A stretch of DNA of 33,525 nt, taken from contig NZ_JANPNE010000065.1 of the NCBI RefSeq assembly GCF_031427295.1, positions 1-33,525 on the forward strand. The letters run 5' to 3'. The notes under the pieces are model-generated. The model did no database searches and had not been told where the DNA came from. It saw nothing but the letters and a program-made list of their open reading frames with translations. Numbering within the stretch: the stretch's first letter is position 1; the number at the start of each line of letters is the position of its first letter. Positions 1 through 8,960 of the stretch are shown piece after piece. The stretch is from Deinococcus sp. Its GTDB lineage: Bacteria > Deinococcota > Deinococci > Deinococcales > Deinococcaceae. The translations under genes and the position numbers were made by a program.

Positions 1-626
1 GGCGTTTCGGGCCGTACCTGACCGATGGCGAACGCAACGCCACCCTGAGGAAAGGCGAGGAGAGCGGCGCGGACCTGCTGCCGGAAGACGCCCGCAGCAT
101 TCTGGAGGAACGCGGCAAGGAGCCTCAGAAGAAGCCCGGCAAGGCGGCCCCGAAGAAGGCCGCGCCCAGGAAAGCGGCGGGCAAGGGAACCACAGTGAGC
201 AAAACCTCTGCCAGCAAATCCACAGCCAGCAAATCCACAGCCAGCAGGAAAGTCCCGGCCCGCAAAGCCCCAACTCGTCCGGTGGTTTCACTGGCCGACG
301 GCGGCATGGCGATTCACAGCCCGCTCAAGTCTGCGGTGAAAAAGACTGCGGTCAAGACCAGTGCAGCCAAGAAAGCGGCACCGAAGAAGACCCCATCCAA
401 ATCGGCTGCGGCTAAGGCACCCGCGAAGGTGGCGCTGGCCTGGGCCGATCTGAAGGCCCACCTCGGCGTGCTCTCGGAGCAGGAGCGGGCGCTGGTGACG
501 GCCACCCGCGAACAGGGCCGCAAGGTGGAAGAGGTGGCCCCCGGCCTGGGCCTGGACGTGAAGAAGGCCAAGGGCATGGCCTTGCAGGCCAGCAAGAAGC
601 TGAATCAGGCCGCACGGGGCGAGTAG
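1..626 (+). CDS. topA: DNA topoisomerase I (type IA), C-terminal part, 5'-truncated by the window edge
   Basis: The frame from nt 3 reads RFGPYLTDGERNATLRKGE..., matching the GRFGPY Topo_C repeat. It continues in frame through a Lys/Ala-rich tail into the ORF-track 195..626 and stops at TAG 624-626. Confidence 0.88.
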   Translation, partial: RFGPYLTDGERNATLRKGEESGADLLPEDARSILEERGKEPQKKPGKAAPKKAAPRKAAGKGTTVSKTSASKSTASKSTASRKVPARKAPTRPVVSLADGGMAIHSPLKSAVKKTAVKTSAAKKAAPKKTPSKSAAAKAPAKVALAWADLKAHLGVLSEQERALVTATREQGRKVEEVAPGLGLDVKKAKGMALQASKKLNQAARGE

Positions 627-799
627 GTGCCCGGCATTTTATGTGACGAGCAGTGGCTGACTGAGTTGCCATCGATAAGGGGTCGGGGGAGTCTGCCGGG
701 GTCAGTCAACCGAGTTGCCCCGATCAAGACGGGCGCTGCTCTCGTTGACAGGACGCCTCGCCTCCTGCTGAATTCATTCGCCCATCTCAGGACACCCTG

Positions 800-1084
800 A
801 TGCCCGACGCCCTGCACCTGATCCGGCTGGCGCACTCGAATCCTGAACGCGCCCTGGATCTGCCCGGCGGCGGCCTGAGCGTGCTGCACCTGAGCAGCGG
901 CCAGGACGGCGGCGCGGCGGCCTGCTGGTACGTCTGTCTGGAAGGCTCGCTGATTCTGGACCTGCCGCACGGCGACTTCGTGCAGCTCAGACCGGGTGAG
1001 AGTTACCAGGCCCCGGCAGGGCAGGCCCGCAGGCTGACGCCGGTGCGCGGAGCCACAGTGCTGATGATTGAACAGTGCCGATGA
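800..1084 (+). CDS. Small cupin-like protein (94 aa)
   Basis: WYVCLEGSLILDL...VQLRPGESY resembles the cupin beta-barrel motifs; host-like codon usage. Confidence 0.65.
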   Translation: MPDALHLIRLAHSNPERALDLPGGGLSVLHLSSGQDGGAAACWYVCLEGSLILDLPHGDFVQLRPGESYQAPAGQARRLTPVRGATVLMIEQCR

Positions 1085-1091
1085 TTGAACA
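1058..1091. repeat. 17-bp tandem duplication across the cupin gene stop
   Basis: gtgctgatgattgaaca (1058-1074) and gtgccgatgattgaaca (1075-1091). Confidence 0.85.
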
Positions 1092-1145
1092 GCACTGACA
1101 ATACCGTTTCCGATTGATGCAAACGGGTAGCGTGTCGTGGTCTGC

Positions 1146-1586
1146 TCAGGAGTTGACGCGCCCGACCACCTGTGGCCCGTCCTGCCGCGCTGTAGTCCCG
1201 GCGGGCAGGCTGCGCCGCACCAGCGCCTTCAGGTCTTCCAGACTGCGGCAGGCGTTGATCTGCTCTGCGTTCAGCCAGGGCTGCGGTTGTCCGTCTACGA
1301 GCGTGAAGGCGGCGGGCAACGGCACTCTCGTCAGGCCGTATTGTGCGGCCAGTTCGTCTTTATGCAGAAATTTGACGTACGTTTTCAGGCCGTCAGCAGC
1401 CACGCTATTCTCGGACAGCCCGGCCACGAAATTGCGCCACTCGCGTTTCATGCCCGTCAGCCCGTAGGTCACGGCGCACAGCTGGCATTCGTAGCGCTCC
1501 GGTGTGACGGTTTTGACGAAGAGGTCTTTCAGGGCGTTCAGCACGCCGCTGTCGGCGTTGTAGACAAACAGCAGTGGCGGGATCAT
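1146..1586 (-). CDS. Conserved hypothetical protein with a CxxC motif, possibly thioredoxin-like
   Basis: LLFVYNADSG...YECQLCAVTYG; TAGACT -10 box 6 nt upstream of the ATG (1593-1598, minus strand). Confidence 0.75.
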   Translation of the reverse strand: MIPPLLFVYNADSGVLNALKDLFVKTVTPERYECQLCAVTYGLTGMKREWRNFVAGLSENSVAADGLKTYVKFLHKDELAAQYGLTRVPLPAAFTLVDGQPQPWLNAEQINACRSLEDLKALVRRSLPAGTTARQDGPQVVGRVNS

Positions 1587-1764
1587 GGGATCAGTCTAGG
1601 GTCAGGCCACTTGAACGCCTGTAATGTTCAGTCTGCTTCCGTGGGTGCCAGCAGGGCGCGGTACCAGGGGTGAATCCTGCCCTGCTCGCATGTCCAGCAG
1701 CTCACGCCTCAGCCGGTCAGCCGCGTTTACGCTTTCTTGACGCTTCCCCCTCTACTCTGCGGGC

Positions 1765-2418
1765 ATGACCCATCCAGCCCTGCGCCGCTTTCGTGGGCTT
1801 CTTCTCGGGCCAGCCGCCGCCCTGCTCCTGACGCTGGGACTGGCCGCCTGCGCGCCCGCTGCCATACGCGCCAGCGTTTCCACCGACGCGCCGTTCATGC
1901 CGGGCGGCCAGCAGCTCGCGCTGATCTGCGCCAACCAGGGGCGGGTGGCAGAGGGCGGCGCACTCGTCTGGAACAGCGGCGTGGCCCAGGAGAGCCGCCC
2001 GGCACCGTACCTCGTGTCGTGCCGCGACTACACCCTTCGCAACGACGGGGCCACGTTGAGCGTCCAAGACGACACGCTCGCCAAGGCACTGACGCACTTC
2101 GACCCGGACGCCAATTTTCTGGTGTATTTTGCCGACCTGTTCGTGACCTTTCCCTCCAGCGGACTTCTCAGTGCTGACCCTACCAGCAGCGTTCCAGACG
2201 CGCTGAAAGACACCCTGCGCGGTGTTTCGGTCACGGTCAGGCAGGGCGAAAGCCCGGACGCGGCGCTGTTCGCGGGCGGCGCGGTCACGGCGGTGCGCTA
2301 CGACCCGGCCAGGCCGGTGACGCTGTATCTGAAGGCAACGCGCAGCCCGGTGGAATGGCCCGAAGTGACGATAGAAGCGAACAAGGGGCTGATCACCGCG
2401 CCCATTTTTTCACGGTAA
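1765..2418 (+). CDS. Hypothetical lipoprotein
   Basis: Basic N-terminus, hydrophobic stretch and LAAC lipobox; TACTCT (1753-1758) 6 nt before the ATG. Confidence 0.75.
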   Translation: MTHPALRRFRGLLLGPAAALLLTLGLAACAPAAIRASVSTDAPFMPGGQQLALICANQGRVAEGGALVWNSGVAQESRPAPYLVSCRDYTLRNDGATLSVQDDTLAKALTHFDPDANFLVYFADLFVTFPSSGLLSADPTSSVPDALKDTLRGVSVTVRQGESPDAALFAGGAVTAVRYDPARPVTLYLKATRSPVEWPEVTIEANKGLITAPIFSR

Positions 2419-2419
2419 C

Positions 2420-2458
2420 GCCAGCTGCTCAGGCCAACTGCTCAGGCCAGCTGCTCAG
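2420..2458. repeat. 13-bp tandem repeat x3
   Basis: gccagctgctcag / gccaactgctcag / gccagctgctcag, starting 1 nt after the TAA stop at 2416-2418. Confidence 0.9.
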
Positions 2459-2521
2459 GTCCGTCACCTGTCTGACGCGCCCCACATCCTGACCTGCGGG
2501 CAGGGTCTAGACTGACGAATC

Positions 2522-4231
<1,710 letters not shown>

Positions 4232-4279
4232 AGGCGGCCTGCCTGAGCACCGGGTTGAGCGCACACTGAACTCTGGCGA

Positions 4280-4324
4280 GTAAGGTCTGCACTCACGGAA
4301 AGTTGGTAAGAAGTAGTATCACGG
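4280..4324 (+). promoter_or_regulatory. Leaderless promoter of the TA operon with two candidate operator repeats
   Basis: TAGTAT (4314-4319) 6 nt before ATG 4326; GTAAG-N7-(C/A)TCACGG at 4280-4298 and 4306-4324. Confidence 0.5.
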
Positions 4325-4325
4325 C

Positions 4326-4640
4326 ATGACGGTCAGTGCCAAGATCAGCAGCAAGGGCCAGGTGACGCTTCCCCGCGAGATTCGTGAGCGCCTGGGCGTG
4401 CAGGACAGAGACTGGGTGCGTTTTGAGGTCGAAAACGGCGTGGTGGTCCTGTATCCGCAGCGCGATACGCCCAGCTTCGCGGGCATGGTGGGCCTGTCTG
4501 CACTGCCTGCCGATCAGAGCGCCGTGAGCACCATTGACGCCCTGCGCCATGACCCTGCCGAACGCGCTGCCCTGGACGCGGCCCCGCCTCACCCCAACAT
4601 CACTGTGCTGGATACGATTCCTGTGCTGGGCGACACTTGA
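4326..4640 (+). CDS. AbrB/MazE/SpoVT-family antitoxin (VapB-like)
   Basis: AKISSKGQVTLPREIRERLGV...VRFEVENG is an AbrB-fold signature; its stop overlaps the next start (TTGA). Confidence 0.9.
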   Translation: MTVSAKISSKGQVTLPREIRERLGVQDRDWVRFEVENGVVVLYPQRDTPSFAGMVGLSALPADQSAVSTIDALRHDPAERAALDAAPPHPNITVLDTIPVLGDT

Positions 4641-5053
4641 GCGTCACCGCCCTGGATTCCAACATCCTGCTCGCGCTCTGGAACGCCGAGGCCACCGCGC
4701 CCCGGCTGGTGGAGGTGCTGGGCAGCTTGCAGAGCAGAGGCCGACTGGTGGTGTGCGGAGCGGTTTACGCCCAACTCTGCGGCCAGCGGCCCGATCTGGA
4801 CGCGCTGCTGGCCGGGTACGGCGTGCAGGCTGACCCCGACATGCCCCTGACGGCCTGGAAGCGGGCGGGGCGGGCACAGGCTGCCTATGCCCAGCGGCGA
4901 CAGGCCAGCGGTGGCGGGCTGCCCCGGCGCATCCTGACCGATTTTCTGGTGGGCGCACATGCCAGTGTGGGTGGGTACGCCCTGCTGACGCTGAACACCC
5001 GCGACTACGGCGACTTTCAAGAGGTGCCGCTGCTCACCGTGGCAGAGGACTGA
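4637..5053 (+). CDS. vapC: PIN-domain (VapC-family) toxin
   Basis: ALDSNIL, RRILTDFLVGAHA and LLTLNTRDY PIN motifs; translationally coupled to the antitoxin gene. Confidence 0.88.
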   Translation: MSVTALDSNILLALWNAEATAPRLVEVLGSLQSRGRLVVCGAVYAQLCGQRPDLDALLAGYGVQADPDMPLTAWKRAGRAQAAYAQRRQASGGGLPRRILTDFLVGAHASVGGYALLTLNTRDYGDFQEVPLLTVAED

Positions 5054-5237
5054 TACGGATTCCGGTTAAATAGTTATCAATGATGAGAAATTTGCTCGCG
5101 CTAACTTACTTTTTGCACTCTATTCACGGCGTAAGTGGAGTCACAATGTATAACGGATCATCCGGAACCCGTACTGGGTCGTACTCGTTCCACTCGGAAA
5201 AATTCCGTAAGAGTTACGGAATCTTTCGGAATCGGTA
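5054..5237 (-). mobile_element. MITE-like small repeat, copy 1 (184-bp variant, reverse orientation)
   Basis: Ends tacggattccg...cggaatcggta with TGA on both sides (5051-5053 is the vapC stop; 5238-5240). Region 5165-5237 is nearly the reverse complement of the first ~73 bp of copies 2 and 5. Confidence 0.85.
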
Positions 5238-5319
5238 TGAGGAACGGGCTGAGGATTTGAGGTGGCTGGAGACCGTCTATCTGCGGGTGGGCGGTCTTTT
5301 TGTTGCGATAGAGTGGGGA

Positions 5320-6237
5320 ATGGCGGTTCCCGCGTACCAGTCGATCCTGCGTCCCCTGCTAGCAGCCTTGCGTGATGGACAATCACACAATATCAAGGAT
5401 ATTTCTCAGGAATTATCTGTCCATTTTGGCCTGACCGACGAAGACGTAAAGGTGCTCCTCCCAAGTGGGCGGCAGACAACCTATGCAAATAGAGTGGGCT
5501 GGGCCAAAACGTATCTTGCGAAGGCGCAGGCCGTTACGTCGCTGGGACGTGGTGTTCTCCAGATTACGTCGCGTGGCCATGAGCTTCTGACCCGTTTTCC
5601 AGGCCGAATTGCCCAAAGCGACCTGATGATTTATCCAGAATTCCAGACTTTTAAAGAAGCCGGGCGAGGAAAGGGGCCGAATCCGCCGCCCGCGTCGGTG
5701 TCAGAGTCGAGCCAGAATCAGGTTTCCCCCGAAGAGCAGCTTGACGCCCTCTACACCGAGTTGAGCGCCGCTCTCGCTGACGATTTGCTGGCACAGGTCC
5801 GTGCCCTCACCCCGCAGCAGTTCGAGGTGCTGGTCGTTCAATTGCTCGTGGCGATGGGCTACGGCGGCAGCGTACGCGACGCTGGGCAGGCGTTGGGCCG
5901 TAGCGGTGACAACGGAATTGACGGCGTAGTCAAGCAAGACCCATTGGGACTCGATAAGGTGTATATCCAGGCCAAGCAGTGGACCAATAATGTCGGCAGC
6001 CAGGAGGTCAGAAACTTTTCGGGCAGCCTGACCTACCACAAAGCCTCAAAGGGCGTGCTCATCACCACCGCAGGCTTCAGCGCCAGCGCCAGCGATACCG
6101 CCCGGCAGATCGGCAACATCATCCTGACCAGTGGCGACACGCTGGCCGAGCTGATGATTCAGTACGGCGTCGGCGTGGTGACGCGCAGCACCTACTTGAT
6201 CAGGAAAGTGGACAGCGATTTCTTCGACGAAATCTAA
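5320..6237 (+). CDS. mrr: Mrr-family type IV restriction endonuclease (Mrr_N plus Mrr_cat), 305 aa
   Basis: MAVPAYQSILRPLL...LLPSGRQTTYANRVGWAKTYL N-domain; FEVLVVQLLVAMGY, GDNGIDG and YIQAKQW catalytic motifs. Start moved to ATG 5320 because the longer ORF begins inside the repeat element. Confidence 0.92.
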   Translation: MAVPAYQSILRPLLAALRDGQSHNIKDISQELSVHFGLTDEDVKVLLPSGRQTTYANRVGWAKTYLAKAQAVTSLGRGVLQITSRGHELLTRFPGRIAQSDLMIYPEFQTFKEAGRGKGPNPPPASVSESSQNQVSPEEQLDALYTELSAALADDLLAQVRALTPQQFEVLVVQLLVAMGYGGSVRDAGQALGRSGDNGIDGVVKQDPLGLDKVYIQAKQWTNNVGSQEVRNFSGSLTYHKASKGVLITTAGFSASASDTARQIGNIILTSGDTLAELMIQYGVGVVTRSTYLIRKVDSDFFDEI

Positions 6238-6246
6238 TCCTCCCCC

Positions 6247-6535
6247 AACCTCTTCCAGGTACAGCACCTGCAACTCCAGAATCTTCGTCTGTTTAAAATC
6301 ATTGCAGTTATGCCGATTCCGAAAGATTCCGTAACTCTTACGGAATCTTTCCGAGCGGAACGAGTACGACCCAGTACGGGTTCTGGGAATTGGAGGAACG
6401 TCCAGCGTCCTTCTGGATGTTACGGAAATGGACGGAATCCGTATTATTGGTCACGAAGGCGTCTGTTCCGGCGTGGACGGCGCATGCCAGATGTAGGGCG
6501 TCCAGCGCTTTCAAACGGTACACGTTTCGATGACC
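6247..6535 (-). pseudogene. C-terminal remnant of a second PIN/VapC toxin, interrupted by MITE copy 2
   Basis: YRLKALDALHLACAVHAGTDAFVTN, then the element, then NCNDFKQTKILELQVLYLEEV. The frame is restored when the element plus one TAA is removed. The N-terminal half is absent. Confidence 0.75.
6311..6443 (+). mobile_element. MITE-like small repeat, copy 2 (133 bp)
   Basis: tgccgattccg...cggaatccgta flanked by TTA at 6308-6310 and 6444-6446. Confidence 0.9.
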
Positions 6536-6538
6536 AGG

Positions 6539-7012
6539 CTATTTTCCCCGCGCTCTCCGTTCCTGCTGACGCATGGGCATGGTGTCGATCAGCCCCAGTA
6601 CCGTGCTCAGACTGGGCGGCGAAGCATAGCTGGCCTTCACGCCCCGGTCCTTGCCGATCAACGCGGCGCGGCCATAGCGGGCGGCCACCCTGCCGCCGGG
6701 GTCGGCCAGCACCGTGAGCATGGGACTCGCCGGGCGTTTCAGGGCCGCGTCACCGGGCAGGGTAAGCGCCACCACCCGCAGGTCACGGTCTTGCAGCAGC
6801 CCGGCCTGATCCGCTATTTCATTCAGGTACGCCGCTGATGGCGTACTCACCACCAGCAGGCGCTCGCGGCCCAGGTGGTCGGCCAGATTCCAGGGTTGCC
6901 CCTTGCCGTCCGGGAGTGTAAAGGTGGGCGCGGGACTGTTCAGCGGCAATGCCGAAACGCTGCCAGCGACAGCCACGAGGGCGGCGAGCGGAGCAGAAAC
7001 CGGGCGGGACAT
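6539..7012 (-). CDS. Secreted DUF4174-like, Cys-less redoxin-fold protein
   Basis: Signal-like N-terminus, APTFTLPD, RLLVV, LIGKDRGVK and IDTMPMRQQE; alternative start at 7024. Confidence 0.75.
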   Translation of the reverse strand: MSRPVSAPLAALVAVAGSVSALPLNSPAPTFTLPDGKGQPWNLADHLGRERLLVVSTPSAAYLNEIADQAGLLQDRDLRVVALTLPGDAALKRPASPMLTVLADPGGRVAARYGRAALIGKDRGVKASYASPPSLSTVLGLIDTMPMRQQERRARGK

Positions 7013-7082
7013 GCCTCCCATCATGCCTGTGGGAGATGCGCGGGACGTATGAACAAATTCAATTCGGCTGAAGTTCCCCGAA

Positions 7083-8960
7083 TCAGTCTGCCGCGCCCTC
7101 CTGTAGGTCGGGCTGGGCGTACTGCAAAGTGTGCAGGCGGGCGTAGTAGCCGTTCTGGGCCAGCAGCGAGCGGTGGCTGCCCTCCTCGACTACAAGCCCG
7201 CGCCGCATCACGATGATCCGGTCACAGTGCTCGATGGTACTCAGACGGTGCGCGATGATGATGCTGGTACGCCCGTGCATCACCTTGGCGAGCGCGTCCT
7301 GAATGTGCATCTCGGTCTCGGTATCGACGCTGGCGGTGGCCTCGTCGAGCACCAGCAGAATGTCGGGATTCTGGATCAGGGCACGGGCGAAGGCCAGCAG
7401 CTGCTTCTGCCCGGTGCTCAGGGTCGCTCCGCGTTCGCGCACCTCGGTGTCATATCCATTTGGCAGCCCCAGAATGAACTCGTGGACGCCCACGTACTTG
7501 CACGCCTGCACCACGCGTTCGTGCGAGATCTCGCTGCTGCCCAGCGTCAGGTTGCTCTGAATGGTCCCGGCGAACAGAAAGACGTCTTGCAGCACCACCC
7601 CGATGTGGCGGCGCAGATCGTGCTGGGCCAGGTCTTTCACGTCATGGCCGTCCACCTTCACGGCCCCGCGCTGCACGTCGTAGAAACGGCTCACCAGACT
7701 GGTGATACTGGTCTTGCCTGCGCCCGTCGCGCCCACCAGGGCCACGCTCTCTCCGGGGGCGATATGAATGTCGATGCCGCGCAGCGTCCAGCGCTCGTCG
7801 GTGTCGGGCGTATCAGCCGTGACCGCACTGTCGTAGGCGAACCAGACGTTCTCCAGATCGACCCGGCCCTCGAAGTGGTCGAGCCGCCGGGCATCCGGCT
7901 TGTCTGTGATGCCCACGGGCGTGTCGAGCACCCCGAAAATGCGCTCACTGCTCGCCATCGCGGCTTGCAGGTTGTTGAACACGTCGGCCAGGTCCTGAAT
8001 CGGCTGGAACAGCTGCGACACCCAGCCGTTGAACGCGACCAGCGTGCCCAGCGTGATGCCCGCAGCGACCATGCCCGCCTCGCCCAGAATCGCCCGGCCC
8101 GCGAAATACAGCACCAGGGCGCTGGCGACGGCCCCCAGGATGCTCACCGAGGGCTGAAAGAAGGCGAACCAGCTCACGGAGCGCAGGTTGGCTCCCAGCA
8201 GCGAGCGGTTGCTGCGGTCAAAGTCCACGCCGTTGCGGTTCTCGCGCCCGAACAGCTGCACGGTCAGCATGCCGGTAATATTCTCGTTCAGCTTGGTGTT
8301 GACAATCGCCTGCTGCACGCGGGTATTCCGAAACGATTCGCGCAGTTTGGTCCGGAAGTAGCCGGTCACGAGGTAGAGAATGGGCAACACCGCGAAGCTG
8401 ATCAGCGCCAGCTGCCAGGAAGCGTTGAGCATGATGACCATGTACGCGACGATCAGGAAACTGCTCGTGATCAGAGAGACCAGCCCCGCCGTGATGAACT
8501 GATTGATGGCGTCCACGTCCGAAGTGACGCGGGTGATCAGGCGGCCCACCGGGTTGGCATCGAAGTAACTCAGCGGCAATCTCTGTAACTTGGTGAAGAT
8601 ATCGGCGCGGATGTCGTACAGCACCCGCTGACCCAGCACATTGATGACGTACGTGGAGGCGTAGCGCATCAGGAAGTCGAAGACCTTCAGGCCCAGGTAG
8701 GTCAGGCCCGCCGTCAGGACCAGCTCAAACAGCTTCTCCCGGAGGCTCAGCGGCGTGCTGGCGCTCAGGGCGTTCGGCCCGAAGGCACTGTCGATGGCGT
8801 AGCGCTGGATCAGGCCGTAGAGCGGCTGGATCAGCGAGAACAGCAGCGTCGTGAGAAGGGCCAGCCCCGCCAGGCTGGCATAGGGCCGGATGTACCCCAG
8901 AATCCGGCGGGTCAGTCCGGCGTCGAACCCCTTCTGGAAGGCCTCGTCGGGCTGCGTCAC
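7083..8960 (-). CDS. ABC exporter subunit (TMD plus NBD), MdlB/TmrA-like
   Basis: TM domain; Walker A GATGAGKT, signature LSTGQ, Walker B LLVLDE, H-switch AHR; GTGA overlap with the upstream partner. Confidence 0.93.
   Translation of the reverse strand: MTQPDEAFQKGFDAGLTRRILGYIRPYASLAGLALLTTLLFSLIQPLYGLIQRYAIDSAFGPNALSASTPLSLREKLFELVLTAGLTYLGLKVFDFLMRYASTYVINVLGQRVLYDIRADIFTKLQRLPLSYFDANPVGRLITRVTSDVDAINQFITAGLVSLITSSFLIVAYMVIMLNASWQLALISFAVLPILYLVTGYFRTKLRESFRNTRVQQAIVNTKLNENITGMLTVQLFGRENRNGVDFDRSNRSLLGANLRSVSWFAFFQPSVSILGAVASALVLYFAGRAILGEAGMVAAGITLGTLVAFNGWVSQLFQPIQDLADVFNNLQAAMASSERIFGVLDTPVGITDKPDARRLDHFEGRVDLENVWFAYDSAVTADTPDTDERWTLRGIDIHIAPGESVALVGATGAGKTSITSLVSRFYDVQRGAVKVDGHDVKDLAQHDLRRHIGVVLQDVFLFAGTIQSNLTLGSSEISHERVVQACKYVGVHEFILGLPNGYDTEVRERGATLSTGQKQLLAFARALIQNPDILLVLDEATASVDTETEMHIQDALAKVMHGRTSIIIAHRLSTIEHCDRIIVMRRGLVVEEGSHRSLLAQNGYYARLHTLQYAQPDLQEGAAD

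Noticed and set aside
5080-5319. 80-aa N-terminal extension of Mrr in the ORF track
   Set aside because: It is translated MITE and intergenic sequence; Mrr similarity starts at MAVPAYQ (5320).
5054-6443. mrr flanked by two inverted MITE copies as a composite transposon
   Set aside because: Each copy has its own matching duplication (TGA/TGA and TTA/TTA) and the outer flanks differ, so the insertions were independent. Copy 2 also sits inside a PIN remnant that continues on both sides.
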